Shown: positions 43,651-52,420 of the stretch, one piece after another | Numbering within the stretch: the first letter of the stretch is position 1 | Layout of the letters: each line of letters begins with the position of its first letter | DNA from: Gaiellaceae bacterium | GTDB taxonomy: Bacteria > Actinomycetota > Thermoleophilia > Gaiellales > Gaiellaceae | Direction of reading: 5' to 3' | NCBI GenBank assembly: GCA_036506555.1 | Contig: DASXRO010000108.1 | Span: 1-60,891 of the forward strand | DNA length: 60,891 nt | Notes under the pieces: generated by a model | What the model was told of the DNA's origin: nothing | The model's database searches: none | What the model saw: only the letters and a program-made list of their open reading frames with translations | Program-made: the position numbers and the translations under genes

Positions 43651-45820
43651 GCGTCACCTCGACGCGGCCCGCCAGGCCCTCGGCGTGCTCGTCCTCGATG
43701 CGCACGACGCCCGCACGCAGGCGGCGGTTGACGCGCGCGGTGAGCGTGCGCGAGGTGCCGTTCGAGCTCACTCGGACCGCGTCGCCCCGCTCGATCCCGC
43801 GCTCGAGGGCATCGGCGGCTGCGATCTCGACCTCAGCGAGGGGGCGCTGGAACTGGAGCTCGGGCACGCGCTCGACGGCCGGGCCGCTGAAGAGGCCGCG
43901 ATAGCGAACGAGCTCCAGTCCGCGACCCCGGCGGCCGTTCGCCCGCGCCCGCGGAGCCTTGACGGAGCCTGCTGCCTCGGCCCGCGCGGGGAGTGGGGCG
44001 AGGTCGGCCGGTGCGGCGGTCGCCCAGGCGTCGACCTGGACGTCGAAGCGCCCGGCGAGCTCGGCGAAGAATGCGAGCTCGTCATCCGTGGGTGGAATCA
44101 CCGCTCGCCGGAGGCGCTGCGGGCGGCCCTCGAGGTTGACGGTCGTCCCGTCGCGCTCGAGATAGCTCGTTCCGGGAAGGACGACATGGGACCAGAGGGT
44201 GACCTCGTTTTCGAACATCGCGGTCGTGAGGACGAAGCGCGCGCGCTCGGCGAGCGCTCGAACACGCGGGTCGGAGGCGGCCTCGTCGCCGGAGACGATC
44301 AGCGCGCCGATCTCGCCGTCGCGCGGCGGATCCTCCGTTCGACCCCAGGCTGAGGCCACTCCGCGCCCGTTCGGTGTCCGTGGCAGGAAATAGACCGAAA
44401 CCTTCTCGCCGAGGCTTTCGGCGAGCGCGGCGATGTGCGCCCCGCCGCTCGGGTCGTCCTCCGACCAGACGAGCGCGACCCGCTGCCCGCGCTTGAGCGA
44501 GCGAGCGGCGGCGCGGAGCTCCTTCGGCGGCTCGGCGGCAGCAAGTGCGGCACACACCGACGCGGCGGCGCCGGGAGGTGCGGCGATGGTGCCCGCGGGG
44601 TTGACCGTGATGACCTCCGCTCCGCGCCGGCGGGCACCGCGCAGCCAGAGATCCACGATGGGCGCGCGCTCGATGACCGGGTGGTCGCCGACGACGAGAC
44701 AGACATCGGCCTCGCGGATTGCCGAAAGCGGAGCGCGGAAGCGGTCGAGAGCAGGGTGGAAGGTTTCGGGGAGGAGCGCCGTACGCGAGCCCAGCCCGTT
44801 CTGCGCCAGCCGGGCCAGGGCGGTTGCCTGCTCGACGGTCTCGCCGCCGGAGAGGGCGACCACGGCCGAGCCGCCGGCTTCGCGGAGCCCCCGCTCGGCC
44901 TCGTCGAGCGCCTCGTCCCAGGAGACGTGCTCGAATCCTCGCCGGCGTACGCGCCGGAGCGGCGCCTGGATCCGGTCGCCGGCGCGCAGGTGGTCGTAGG
45001 CGAAGCGGCCCTTGTCGCAGAGCCAGCCCTCGTCGACCTCCGGGTGGTTGCGGGAGAGAATGCGCGCCACCTTTCCCTCGCGCGTCGTGGCCCAGATGTT
45101 GCAGCCGACAGGGCAGAGCCCGCAGACGGTGGGCACGTTCTGGATCTCCCAGGGCCGCGCGCGGAAGCGGTAGGTGGTCGAGGTGAGCGCACCGACGGGA
45201 CAGACCTCGATCACGTTCCCGGAGAAGGGTGCGCGGTAGGACTCGTCCTCGAACGTGGCGATGAGCGACTGCGCGCCGCGATTGACGGCGACGAGCTGCC
45301 CGTCCTCCGCGACCAGCTCGGAGAAGCGCGTGCAGCGGTAGCAGAGGATGCAGCGCTCGCGGTCGAGGCCGATCAGCGGCGAGATCGGGATCGGCTTGTC
45401 GAACGTCCGCTTGGGAAAGCGCATGCGCGTATTCCCCGGCCCCCAGCGGAAGGTGAGGTCCTGCAGCGGGCACTCGCCGCCCTTGTCGCAGTCCGGGCAG
45501 TCGAGCGGGTGGTTCAGGAGGATGAACTCGAGCACGGCGTCCTGGCCCTCGGCGGCCTGGGCGCTTGTCTGCGCTGTGCGGAGAACGAGCCCTTCCTGAG
45601 CCGTCATCGTGCACGCGGCCTGGAGCTTCGGCATGCCCTCCACCTCGCACAGGCACATGCGGCACGCGCCCACGGGCGGCCCGAGCCGCGGCTCGTAGCA
45701 GAAGACGGGGATCTCGATTCCCGCCGCGAGTGCGGCCTCGACCATGCCGGTTCCCTTCGGAACCTGAACGTCGCGCCCGTCGATGACGACGTTGACCACC
45801 GCTAGGTCCGGCGTGCTCAT
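43643..45820 (-). CDS. nuoG: NADH-quinone oxidoreductase subunit G
   Basis: MSTPDLAVVNVVIDGRDVQVPKG...FCYEPRLGPPVGACRMCLCEV..., followed by HPLDCPDCDKGGECPLQD and CILCYRCTRF cluster motifs and a molybdopterin-like domain. The ATG overlaps the nuoF stop (ATGA). Confidence 0.9.
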   Translation of the reverse strand: MSTPDLAVVNVVIDGRDVQVPKGTGMVEAALAAGIEIPVFCYEPRLGPPVGACRMCLCEVEGMPKLQAACTMTAQEGLVLRTAQTSAQAAEGQDAVLEFILLNHPLDCPDCDKGGECPLQDLTFRWGPGNTRMRFPKRTFDKPIPISPLIGLDRERCILCYRCTRFSELVAEDGQLVAVNRGAQSLIATFEDESYRAPFSGNVIEVCPVGALTSTTYRFRARPWEIQNVPTVCGLCPVGCNIWATTREGKVARILSRNHPEVDEGWLCDKGRFAYDHLRAGDRIQAPLRRVRRRGFEHVSWDEALDEAERGLREAGGSAVVALSGGETVEQATALARLAQNGLGSRTALLPETFHPALDRFRAPLSAIREADVCLVVGDHPVIERAPIVDLWLRGARRRGAEVITVNPAGTIAAPPGAAASVCAALAAAEPPKELRAAARSLKRGQRVALVWSEDDPSGGAHIAALAESLGEKVSVYFLPRTPNGRGVASAWGRTEDPPRDGEIGALIVSGDEAASDPRVRALAERARFVLTTAMFENEVTLWSHVVLPGTSYLERDGTTVNLEGRPQRLRRAVIPPTDDELAFFAELAGRFDVQVDAWATAAPADLAPLPARAEAAGSVKAPRARANGRRGRGLELVRYRGLFSGPAVERVPELQFQRPLAEVEIAAADALERGIERGDAVRVSSNGTSRTLTARVNRRLRAGVVRIEDEHAEGLAGRVEVTRA

Positions 45821-47181
45821 GCGGGCACTTCGATCGCGGCTCGCAGGCGCCCGTGGTGTTGGTCGACAGGCGCGAGCACGTGGTCCAGGGTCGACTCGCC
45901 CGCGAATGGACAGCCTTCTTCGTCGATGTGCCGCCGGTACTCGTCCCTGAACCTGGACACGTAGCTGGCCACAGGCATGGCGGCCGCGTCGCCGAGAGGG
46001 CAGAGGCAGTTGCCGAGGATGCGGTCGCAGACATCGAGCAGGAGGTCGAGCTCCGGGTGCGTCGCCTCTCCCGCCTCGATCTTCTTCAGCAGGTCGACCA
46101 TCCAGCGGGTTCCCTCTCGGCACGGCGTGCACTTGCCGCAGGACTCGTGCTGGTAGAACTGCGCGACCCGGAGGCCGAGCTGCACCATGCAGCAGCGGTC
46201 GTCCATGACGATGACGGCCCCCGAGCCGAGCATCGTCCCTGCCTGGGCCATCGAGTCGAAGTCGAGCTTCGTATCGATCTGGTCGGCCGTCAGGACGGGC
46301 ACGGACGAGCCGCCCGGGATGATCGCTTTGAGCTCGCGCCCGTCCGGGATGCCGCCGCCGATGTCGTAGACGAGCTCGCGCAGGCTCGTGCCGAGCTCCA
46401 CCTCGTAGTTGCCACCACGGGCAACGTTGCCGGAGAGCGAGAAGACGCGCGTTCCGGCCGAGTTCTCGACGCCGAGCTTCGCGTACGCGGCGCCCCCCAT
46501 CTCGATGATCTTGGGGACGGTGGCGAGGGTCTCGACGTTGTTGATGAGCGTTGGCGAGGCGTAGACGCCGGAGGTGGCGGGAAAGGGCGGCTTCGTGCGC
46601 GGCTGTCCCCGCTTGCCTTCGAGCGACTCCAGCAACCCCGTCTCCTCGCCGCAGATGTAGGCACCGGCGCCGCGGTGGACGACGACGGTCAGGTTCCAGC
46701 CGCTGCCGAGAATGTTGGCGCCGACCAGCCCGGCGCGCCGCGCCTCCTCGAGGGCGCTGCGCAGGATCTCGAACTCGGCCAGGTACTCGCCGCGGATGTA
46801 GATGAAGGCTGCGTTCGCTCCGATGACGTGCGAGGCGATCACGACGCCCTCGACGAACATGTGCGGAAGGCGGGCCATGATCTCGCGGTCTTTGAAGGTG
46901 CCCGGCTCGGACTCGTCCGCGTTGGCGACGAGGTAGATCGGCCTCGGGCTGTCCTCGGGCTTGGGGAGGAAGCTCGCCTTGCGCCCCATCGGGAAGCCGG
47001 CCCCGCCGCGCCCGCGCACGTTGGCGGCCAGGAGCTCGTCGAGGAGCGCCTGCCGCTTCATCTTGAGCGCCTTCTTTAGGGAGCGGTAACCGCCGACCTT
47101 CTCGTACGCGGAAAGCCGCGTGAGATCGCGGCCCTCCGCGTGCTCGAAGAGGATCTTGTGCTTCGCCCTACTCCTGGGCAC
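45817..47181 (-). CDS. nuoF: NADH-quinone oxidoreductase subunit F
   Basis: GRGGAGFPMGRK, NADESEPGTFKDR, GAGAYICGEETGLLESLEG and ESCGKCTPCREG motifs. Confidence 0.93.
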   Translation of the reverse strand: MPRSRAKHKILFEHAEGRDLTRLSAYEKVGGYRSLKKALKMKRQALLDELLAANVRGRGGAGFPMGRKASFLPKPEDSPRPIYLVANADESEPGTFKDREIMARLPHMFVEGVVIASHVIGANAAFIYIRGEYLAEFEILRSALEEARRAGLVGANILGSGWNLTVVVHRGAGAYICGEETGLLESLEGKRGQPRTKPPFPATSGVYASPTLINNVETLATVPKIIEMGGAAYAKLGVENSAGTRVFSLSGNVARGGNYEVELGTSLRELVYDIGGGIPDGRELKAIIPGGSSVPVLTADQIDTKLDFDSMAQAGTMLGSGAVIVMDDRCCMVQLGLRVAQFYQHESCGKCTPCREGTRWMVDLLKKIEAGEATHPELDLLLDVCDRILGNCLCPLGDAAAMPVASYVSRFRDEYRRHIDEEGCPFAGESTLDHVLAPVDQHHGRLRAAIEVPA

Positions 47182-47638
47182 CGCGCAGCTCCTCGACGAT
47201 CGCAGGAACGTCCTCCGAGCGGACGGGCTCGCGGTAGCGGTGGTCGACCGCGACCACCGTCCCCCATCCGCATCCGCCGGCGCACTCGACGGTTCGGAGG
47301 GTGACCTCGCCGTCTTGCGTGGTCTCGCCGGCGTGAATCCCGAGCTCGGCCTCGAACGCCTCCAGCACCTGCTGCGCCCCGACGAGCGCGCAGGAGATGT
47401 TCGTGCACACCTCGACCATGTGCCTGCCGACGGGCTCGAGGTGAAACATGTCGTAGAAGCTCGCCACCGCCTCGCAGTACGCCGGGGTGAGGTCGAGCGC
47501 GTCGGCCACCTCGCGGAGAGCCTCGGGCGAAAGCCAGCCGTGCTGCTCCTGGGCCAGGCGAAGGGCCGGCATGATCGCCGAACGGCGCTGTGGATACTGC
47601 GCCGCGACCTTTTGCACCTCGTCGTAGAACGAGCTCAC
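47168..47638 (-). CDS. nuoE: NADH-quinone oxidoreductase subunit E
   Basis: YPQRRSAIMPALRLAQEQHGWL, VCTNISCAL and ECAGGCGWG [2Fe-2S] motifs. The GTG start overlaps the nuoD stop (GTGA). Confidence 0.88.
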   Translation of the reverse strand: MSSFYDEVQKVAAQYPQRRSAIMPALRLAQEQHGWLSPEALREVADALDLTPAYCEAVASFYDMFHLEPVGRHMVEVCTNISCALVGAQQVLEAFEAELGIHAGETTQDGEVTLRTVECAGGCGWGTVVAVDHRYREPVRSEDVPAIVEELRGAQE

Positions 47639-48894
47639 CGGTCGACCTCGCCCATGACCGTGTCGAGCGAGCCGACGATGGCGATGAGATCGGCGACGAG
47701 CGCGTCGCTCATGCACGTCGCCGTCGCCTCGAGCGCCACGAAGGACGGCGCGCGGAACTTGACCCGCCAGGGCTTCGGGCCCCCGTCGGAGACGAGGTAG
47801 CAGCCCAGCTCGCCGCGGGGCGACTCGACGGCGACGTAGACCTCGCCCGCGGGCACCCGGTAACCCTCCGTGACGAGCTTGAAGTGGTGAATCAGGCTCT
47901 CCATCGAGGTCTGGAGCTCGTCTCGTGGCGGCAGGACGATCTTACGGTCGTCCACGATCCACGGTCCCTCGGGCATCCCGTCGAGGCACTGCCGGACGAT
48001 GCGCGTCGACTCGCGCATCTCGTCCATGTGCACCTTGTAGCGGTCGTAGACGTCCCCGTTCTCGTACACGGGCACGTTGAAGTCGACTTCGTCGTAGACG
48101 AGGTAGGGCTCCGCCTTGCGCAGGTCCCAGTCCACGCCCGACGCCCGCAGCACGGGGCCCGACTGGCCGAGGGCGATGGCGTCCTCGGCGGACAGGAGGC
48201 CGATTCCCCTCGTCCGTTCGAGCCAGATCTGCTGGCGGTCGAGAATCGCCTCGTACTCGTCGATTCGCCGAGGCATCAGGTCGCAGAACTTGCGGCACTC
48301 GGTGAAGAAGCCGGGCGGGATGTCCTCGGCGAGCCCGCCGGCCTGGAAGTAGCGCGTGTGCATGCGCACGCCGGTTACGAGCTCGAACAGGTCGAGGACG
48401 GCGTCGCGCTCGCGGAACGTGTACCAGAGCATCGAGATCGCGCCGATCTCGAGCGCCGCCGTGCCCAGCCAGATGAGATGGGAGTGAATGCGGTTGAGCT
48501 CGCAGAGGAGCGTTCGCATCCAGGTCGCCTTCGCGGGTGGCTCGACTTCGAGCAGCTTCTCGATGGCGAGGACGAAGACGAGCTCGTTGTACTGGAAGGA
48601 GAGGTAGTCGATCCGCGCCGGGTAGGTGATCGCCTTCCACCACGTCTTCTGCTCCATGTTCTTCTCGAAGCCGGTGTGGAGGTAGCCGACCACGGCAGCG
48701 AGCCCGACGACCTGCTCCCCGTTCAGCTCGACGACCAGCCGGAGGACACCGTGGGTCGAAGGGTGGTTCGGCCCGAAGTTGACCTCGAGGATGTCGCCCT
48801 CCTCACGGAGGGCGGGATCGACCTGCAGCACGGTCGGGATCGGCGAAGGGATCCGCGTCCCCTCGTAGATCTTCGCCCGCTCGATGACAGCCAC
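47635..48894 (-). CDS. nuoD: NADH-quinone oxidoreductase subunit D
   Basis: 419 aa (NFGPNHPSTHGVLRL, RIHSHLIWLG, ESPRGELG, and a C-terminal ...DTVMGEVDR). Confidence 0.93.
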   Translation of the reverse strand: MAVIERAKIYEGTRIPSPIPTVLQVDPALREEGDILEVNFGPNHPSTHGVLRLVVELNGEQVVGLAAVVGYLHTGFEKNMEQKTWWKAITYPARIDYLSFQYNELVFVLAIEKLLEVEPPAKATWMRTLLCELNRIHSHLIWLGTAALEIGAISMLWYTFRERDAVLDLFELVTGVRMHTRYFQAGGLAEDIPPGFFTECRKFCDLMPRRIDEYEAILDRQQIWLERTRGIGLLSAEDAIALGQSGPVLRASGVDWDLRKAEPYLVYDEVDFNVPVYENGDVYDRYKVHMDEMRESTRIVRQCLDGMPEGPWIVDDRKIVLPPRDELQTSMESLIHHFKLVTEGYRVPAGEVYVAVESPRGELGCYLVSDGGPKPWRVKFRAPSFVALEATATCMSDALVADLIAIVGSLDTVMGEVDR

Positions 48895-48900
48895 GGGTGC

Positions 48901-49455
48901 CTACTCCGCGCTCGAGAAGCGCACCGGCTCGCCCCCAAGCGGGTAGTCCTTGCGAAGCGGGTGCCCTTCCCAGTCGTCCTCCATGAGGATGCGGGTCAGG
49001 TTCGGGTGGCCCTCGATCGGGATGCCCATCATGTCCCAGGCCTCGCGCTCGTGCCAGTCGGCGGTCGGCCAGACGGAGACGAGACTCGGGACCGGCTCCC
49101 CGTCGTCGCACCAGATCTGGAGGCGCAGGCGCGGCGCCTCACCGGCGCCCGACACGACCTTGAGCAGGTGGTAAGAGATCGAAAAGCGCTTGGGCTTTGG
49201 CTCGGGAGTTCTCGCGAGGCCCCACGACCCGGGGCGGTTGAGGTCCCGTCCGCCGGCGCTGCCCCAATAGCCGGCGACGGGGCGCTCGTTCCAGCCCAGG
49301 TAGTCGGTGGCCGCGATGTCGGTCAGGAAGTTGAAGTCGTGCTCGTCCCGCAGGTGACGCGCGGCGTCCGGCAGCCGCTGCCGCTCGACGACGACCGTTA
49401 CCTCGCCATATTCCTCGCGCTCCTCGACGAAGCCGGGCACACCCTCCCAGCTCAT
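48901..49455 (-). CDS. nuoC: NADH-quinone oxidoreductase subunit C
   Basis: 184 aa (WHEREAWDMMGI.IEGHP...RILM.DDWEGHPLRKDYP). Confidence 0.9.
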   Translation of the reverse strand: MSWEGVPGFVEEREEYGEVTVVVERQRLPDAARHLRDEHDFNFLTDIAATDYLGWNERPVAGYWGSAGGRDLNRPGSWGLARTPEPKPKRFSISYHLLKVVSGAGEAPRLRLQIWCDDGEPVPSLVSVWPTADWHEREAWDMMGIPIEGHPNLTRILMEDDWEGHPLRKDYPLGGEPVRFSSAE

Positions 49456-49504
49456 GTGGGTCGCCGCCTTTCCCGCGGAAAATGCGGGGCATTTTTCGGG
49501 GCTT

Positions 49505-50113
49505 TCACGAGGCCACCTCGCGGATCTCGTATGCGGGCGGGACGCCGGCGAGGACCTTTTCCTGGAGGCGGACGATGCCCTCGAGCAGAGCCTCGGGCCG
49601 CGGCGGACAGCCGGGGACGTGGACGTCCACCGGCACGATCTTGTCGACGCCTTGGAGGATGGCGTAGTTGGCGAACATCCCGCCCGAGCTCGCGCACGCG
49701 CCCATCGCGATGACCCATTTCGGCTCGAGCATCTGGTCGTAGATCTGCCGCAGCGGCGCCGCCATCTTGTGGGAAACCCGGCCGGAGACGATCAGCAGGT
49801 CGGCCTGGCGCGGCGAAGAGCGGAACACCTCGGCGCCGAATCGCGCGACGTCGTAGCGGGCGGAGACGATCGCGATCATCTCCATCGCGCAGCACGCGAG
49901 GCCGAAGGTGTCGGGCCAGATCGAGTGGCCCTGGGCCCATGCGACCGCCTTTCCGAGGGTGGTGAGCATGAGCTTGTCCTCGATGTCTCCGAGCTCGCGC
50001 TCGAAGACCCCAGGCCCCTTCTTGCGCATGAGCAAACGCTCAGAGTGCAGGCCGTAGTCGGCGAGACGCTTCTTGCGCTCTACCTCCGCCACTCCAGCGC
50101 CCCCTTCTTCCAC
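49505..50113 (-). CDS. nuoB: NADH-quinone oxidoreductase subunit B
   Basis: [22 protein letters not shown] and [18 protein letters not shown] motifs. The annotated ATG overlaps nuoA by 34 nt; an internal ATG (MRKKGPG, 50029) is an alternative. Confidence 0.9.
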   Translation of the reverse strand: MEEGGAGVAEVERKKRLADYGLHSERLLMRKKGPGVFERELGDIEDKLMLTTLGKAVAWAQGHSIWPDTFGLACCAMEMIAIVSARYDVARFGAEVFRSSPRQADLLIVSGRVSHKMAAPLRQIYDQMLEPKWVIAMGACASSGGMFANYAILQGVDKIVPVDVHVPGCPPRPEALLEGIVRLQEKVLAGVPPAYEIREVAS

Positions 50114-50457
50114 ACATAGACGTAGGCGACGACGAGGAGGGCGATGAAGAAGCCGAACTCGGCGACGGCGAACCAGCCGATCTGCTCGAGGATGACCGCG
50201 ACTGGATAGAGAAAGACGATCTCGATGTCGAAGACGATGAAGAGCATCGCCGTCAGGTAGAAGCTGATCGTGAAGCGCTGCTGCTTGGGCGGCCCGATGG
50301 ACACGCCGGACTCGAACGGGACCGTGCGCTGGCGGGCGCGATGCGAAGGGCGCGTGGCGAAGACGAACGACATGAGGATCATCGAGGCCGGGATCGCCAG
50401 CGCGAAGAAGCCGTAGACGAGGAACGGGAACCAGTCGTCCAAGACGGCTACCGGCAC
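50080..50457 (-). CDS. nuoA: NADH-quinone oxidoreductase subunit A
   Basis: 125 aa, 3 TM (PFESGV...[20 protein letters not shown]). First gene of the operon. Confidence 0.9.
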   Translation of the reverse strand: MPVAVLDDWFPFLVYGFFALAIPASMILMSFVFATRPSHRARQRTVPFESGVSIGPPKQQRFTISFYLTAMLFIVFDIEIVFLYPVAVILEQIGWFAVAEFGFFIALLVVAYVYVWKKGALEWRR

Positions 50458-50593
50458 GCCGCCATACTAACCGGGCAGGGGGCGTCGGAGCGGTGTCACG
50501 AACTCCGGCCGGGATCGTGAAGTTTCAGGTGCTACAGCTGTTACAAGGTGGGGGCCCTTTTCCAGCCGAACCCCGTTGGTACACTGAGGCTCA

Positions 50594-50992
50594 GTGGTCA
50601 CCGTCACCGAGAATGCCGCCCGCAAGATCCGGGAGCTGATGGCCGAGGAGCCCGAGGAGGGCGTCGCCGTCCTCCGCATCGCCATTCAGGGCGGAGGCTG
50701 CTCGGGCTTTCAGTACGCGCTCGGATTCGATCGCGGCCCGCAGGACGGGGACAACGAGATCGAGTCGAACGGCGTCCGCGTCGTCATCGACCCGTTCAGC
50801 GCGCCATACCTCACCGGCTCGGAGATCGACTTCGTCGACGCCCTCATGGGCGCCGGCTTTGCAATCAACAACCCGAACGTCCAGGCAGCGTGCGGGTGCG
50901 GTTCCTCCTTCCAGGCAAAGGAGGGCGTCGCCGAGAGCGCATCCGCGCCCGATCAGACGACGCACGCCGGCGGCGGCTGCGGCTGCCACTGA
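50594..50992 (+). CDS. HesB/IscA/ErpA-family iron-sulfur cluster insertion protein with a C-terminal Cys-containing extension
   Basis: GTG start 5 nt after GAGG. GGGCSGFQY...and the C-terminal CGCGSSF motif, followed by 24 extra residues QAKEGVAESASAPDQTTHAGGGCGCH. Confidence 0.85.
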   Translation: MVTVTENAARKIRELMAEEPEEGVAVLRIAIQGGGCSGFQYALGFDRGPQDGDNEIESNGVRVVIDPFSAPYLTGSEIDFVDALMGAGFAINNPNVQAACGCGSSFQAKEGVAESASAPDQTTHAGGGCGCH

Positions 50993-51025
50993 TTTTTCGG
51001 CCGGCGGGGTAGCATCGGGGCGGAC

Positions 51026-52033
51026 GTGAGCGAAGGCGTTCGCGACATCACGATCATCGGAGCGGGCCCCGTGGGCCTCGCGGCCGCGTACTACGCCGGC
51101 CACCGTGACGCGAGCGTCACCATCGTCGAGAGCCTCGGCCAGCTCGGCGGGCAGGTGGCCGCCGTCTATCCAGAGAAGCACGTCTACGACGTCGCAGGAC
51201 ACCCGAAGATCCTCGGGCAGAAGCTCGTCGATCTCTGCGTCGAGCAGGGCCTTCAGTTCGGAGCCGACCTCCACCTCGACGAGGAAGTCGCGGACCTCAC
51301 CCGCATCGGCCAGAACGGCGAGGAGGTTCTGTCGCTGACGACGAAGGCTGGCAAGCGCTTCCTCTCCCGTGCGCTGATCGTCACCGCCGGCCACGGCGCC
51401 TTCGAGCCGCGCAAGCTCGAGATCGAGGGTCTGGACGACTGGGAGGGGCGCGGGCTCCATTACTTCGTCCGGCGCAAGGACATCTTCGCCGGCAAGTCGT
51501 GCGTCATCGTCGGCGGGGGCGACTCGGCCCTCGACTGGACGCTGGGCCTCCAGGACACCGCCGACCTCCCGATCACCCTCGTCCACCGGCGCGACCGCTT
51601 TCGGGCGCTCGAGACGTCGGTCAAGGAGGCTCGCCGCCTCGAGGAGGAGGGCAAGGTGCGGATCTGCGCCTCCTCCGAGGTGCGCGAGATCCGCGGCGAC
51701 GGAGTGATCCAAGGCGTCACGGTCGAGAACACGCAGACGGGCGAGCTCACCGACGTCGAGTGCCAGGCCCTCATCCTTCTGCTCGGTTTTCACTCCCATC
51801 TTGGCTCGATCGCCGAGTGGGGGCTCGAGCTGCACGGCAAGCGCCAGATCCTCGTTGAGCCCAAGACGATGGAGACGTCCATCCCCGGGGTCTATGCCGC
51901 GGGGGACGTGGCCGGCTACGAGGGAAAGATCACGCTCATCTCCGTCGGGTTCGGCGAAGCCGCCATCGCGGCGAACAACGCAATCGCGCGCATCCGCGGC
52001 GAGAAGGTTCAGCCGAAGTACTCAACGGACTGA
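51026..52033 (+). CDS. thioredoxin-reductase-like ferredoxin-NADP+ reductase (YumC type)
   Basis: ITIIGAGPVGLAAAYYAG, GGQVAAVYPEKHVYDVAGHP and GGGDSALDW, with a C-terminal ...GEKVQPKYSTD as in type 2 FNRs. Confidence 0.85.
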   Translation: MSEGVRDITIIGAGPVGLAAAYYAGHRDASVTIVESLGQLGGQVAAVYPEKHVYDVAGHPKILGQKLVDLCVEQGLQFGADLHLDEEVADLTRIGQNGEEVLSLTTKAGKRFLSRALIVTAGHGAFEPRKLEIEGLDDWEGRGLHYFVRRKDIFAGKSCVIVGGGDSALDWTLGLQDTADLPITLVHRRDRFRALETSVKEARRLEEEGKVRICASSEVREIRGDGVIQGVTVENTQTGELTDVECQALILLLGFHSHLGSIAEWGLELHGKRQILVEPKTMETSIPGVYAAGDVAGYEGKITLISVGFGEAAIAANNAIARIRGEKVQPKYSTD

Positions 52034-52040
52034 GCCTCAT

Positions 52041-52080
52041 GAAGAAGGGGGCTCACGGGGGAAACATGGTTTCCCCCGTG
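52041..52080 (+). repeat. palindromic element, copy A (G5 run plus 12-bp stem / 3-nt loop hairpin)
   Basis: GAAGAAGGGGGCT CACGGGGGAAAC ATG GTTTCCCCCGTG. The stem 52054-52065 / 52069-52080 is perfect. 30/40 identical to copy B at 59371-59410. Confidence 0.6.
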
Positions 52081-52083
52081 TTG

Positions 52084-52140
52084 AACGCGATCGCGCGCAT
52101 CCGCGGCGAGAAGGTTCAGCCCAAGTACTCCACCGACTAG
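52084..52140 (+). repeat. 57-nt direct duplicate of the FNR gene 3' end (copy 2; copy 1 = 51977-52033)
   Basis: Copy 2 is AACGCGATCGCGCGCATCCGCGGCGAGAAGGTTCAGCCCAAGTACTCCACCGACTAG; copy 1 is AACGCAATCGCGCGCATCCGCGGCGAGAAGGTTCAGCCGAAGTACTCAACGGACTGA. 51/57 nt are identical. Confidence 0.85.
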
Positions 52141-52203
52141 CGAGGGGCCCGCTACCCCGTTCGGGGCTAATCCGTCGAGCCCGCGGCTCCGAATAACGGA
52201 AGC

Positions 52204-52410
52204 GTGAGCGAGAAGCATGCGGTCGAGTGCCTCCGCTGCGGAAACTTCCGCACCGTCGAGCGCGAGCGGTCCGCGCGGCTCGACCCGGGCGAGTGCCCGC
52301 GGTGCGGTTACGTCGGCTGGGCCCTGGCGGCTGATCTGTCCGATCCCGTGCGCCGAACGCTCCGCGAGCGCCCGCCCGAGCGCCGCGGGGGCCGCCTGCA
52401 CGCGGTCTAG
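52204..52410 (+). CDS. small zinc-ribbon protein (68 aa), hypothetical
   Basis: GTG start after GGAAG. Two CxxC pairs (CLRCGN...CPRCGY). Ends 10 nt before the fumC start. Confidence 0.5.
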   Translation: MSEKHAVECLRCGNFRTVERERSARLDPGECPRCGYVGWALAADLSDPVRRTLRERPPERRGGRLHAV

Positions 52411-52420
52411 ACTCCTTCTT

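Noticed and set aside
52039-52140. 33-codon ORF (MKKGAHGGNMVSPVLNAIARIRGEKVQPKYSTD) as a real gene.
   Set aside because: Too short and unsupported to call as a CDS. It is mentioned only as one explanation for the synonymous-only divergence of the duplicated FNR 3' end.
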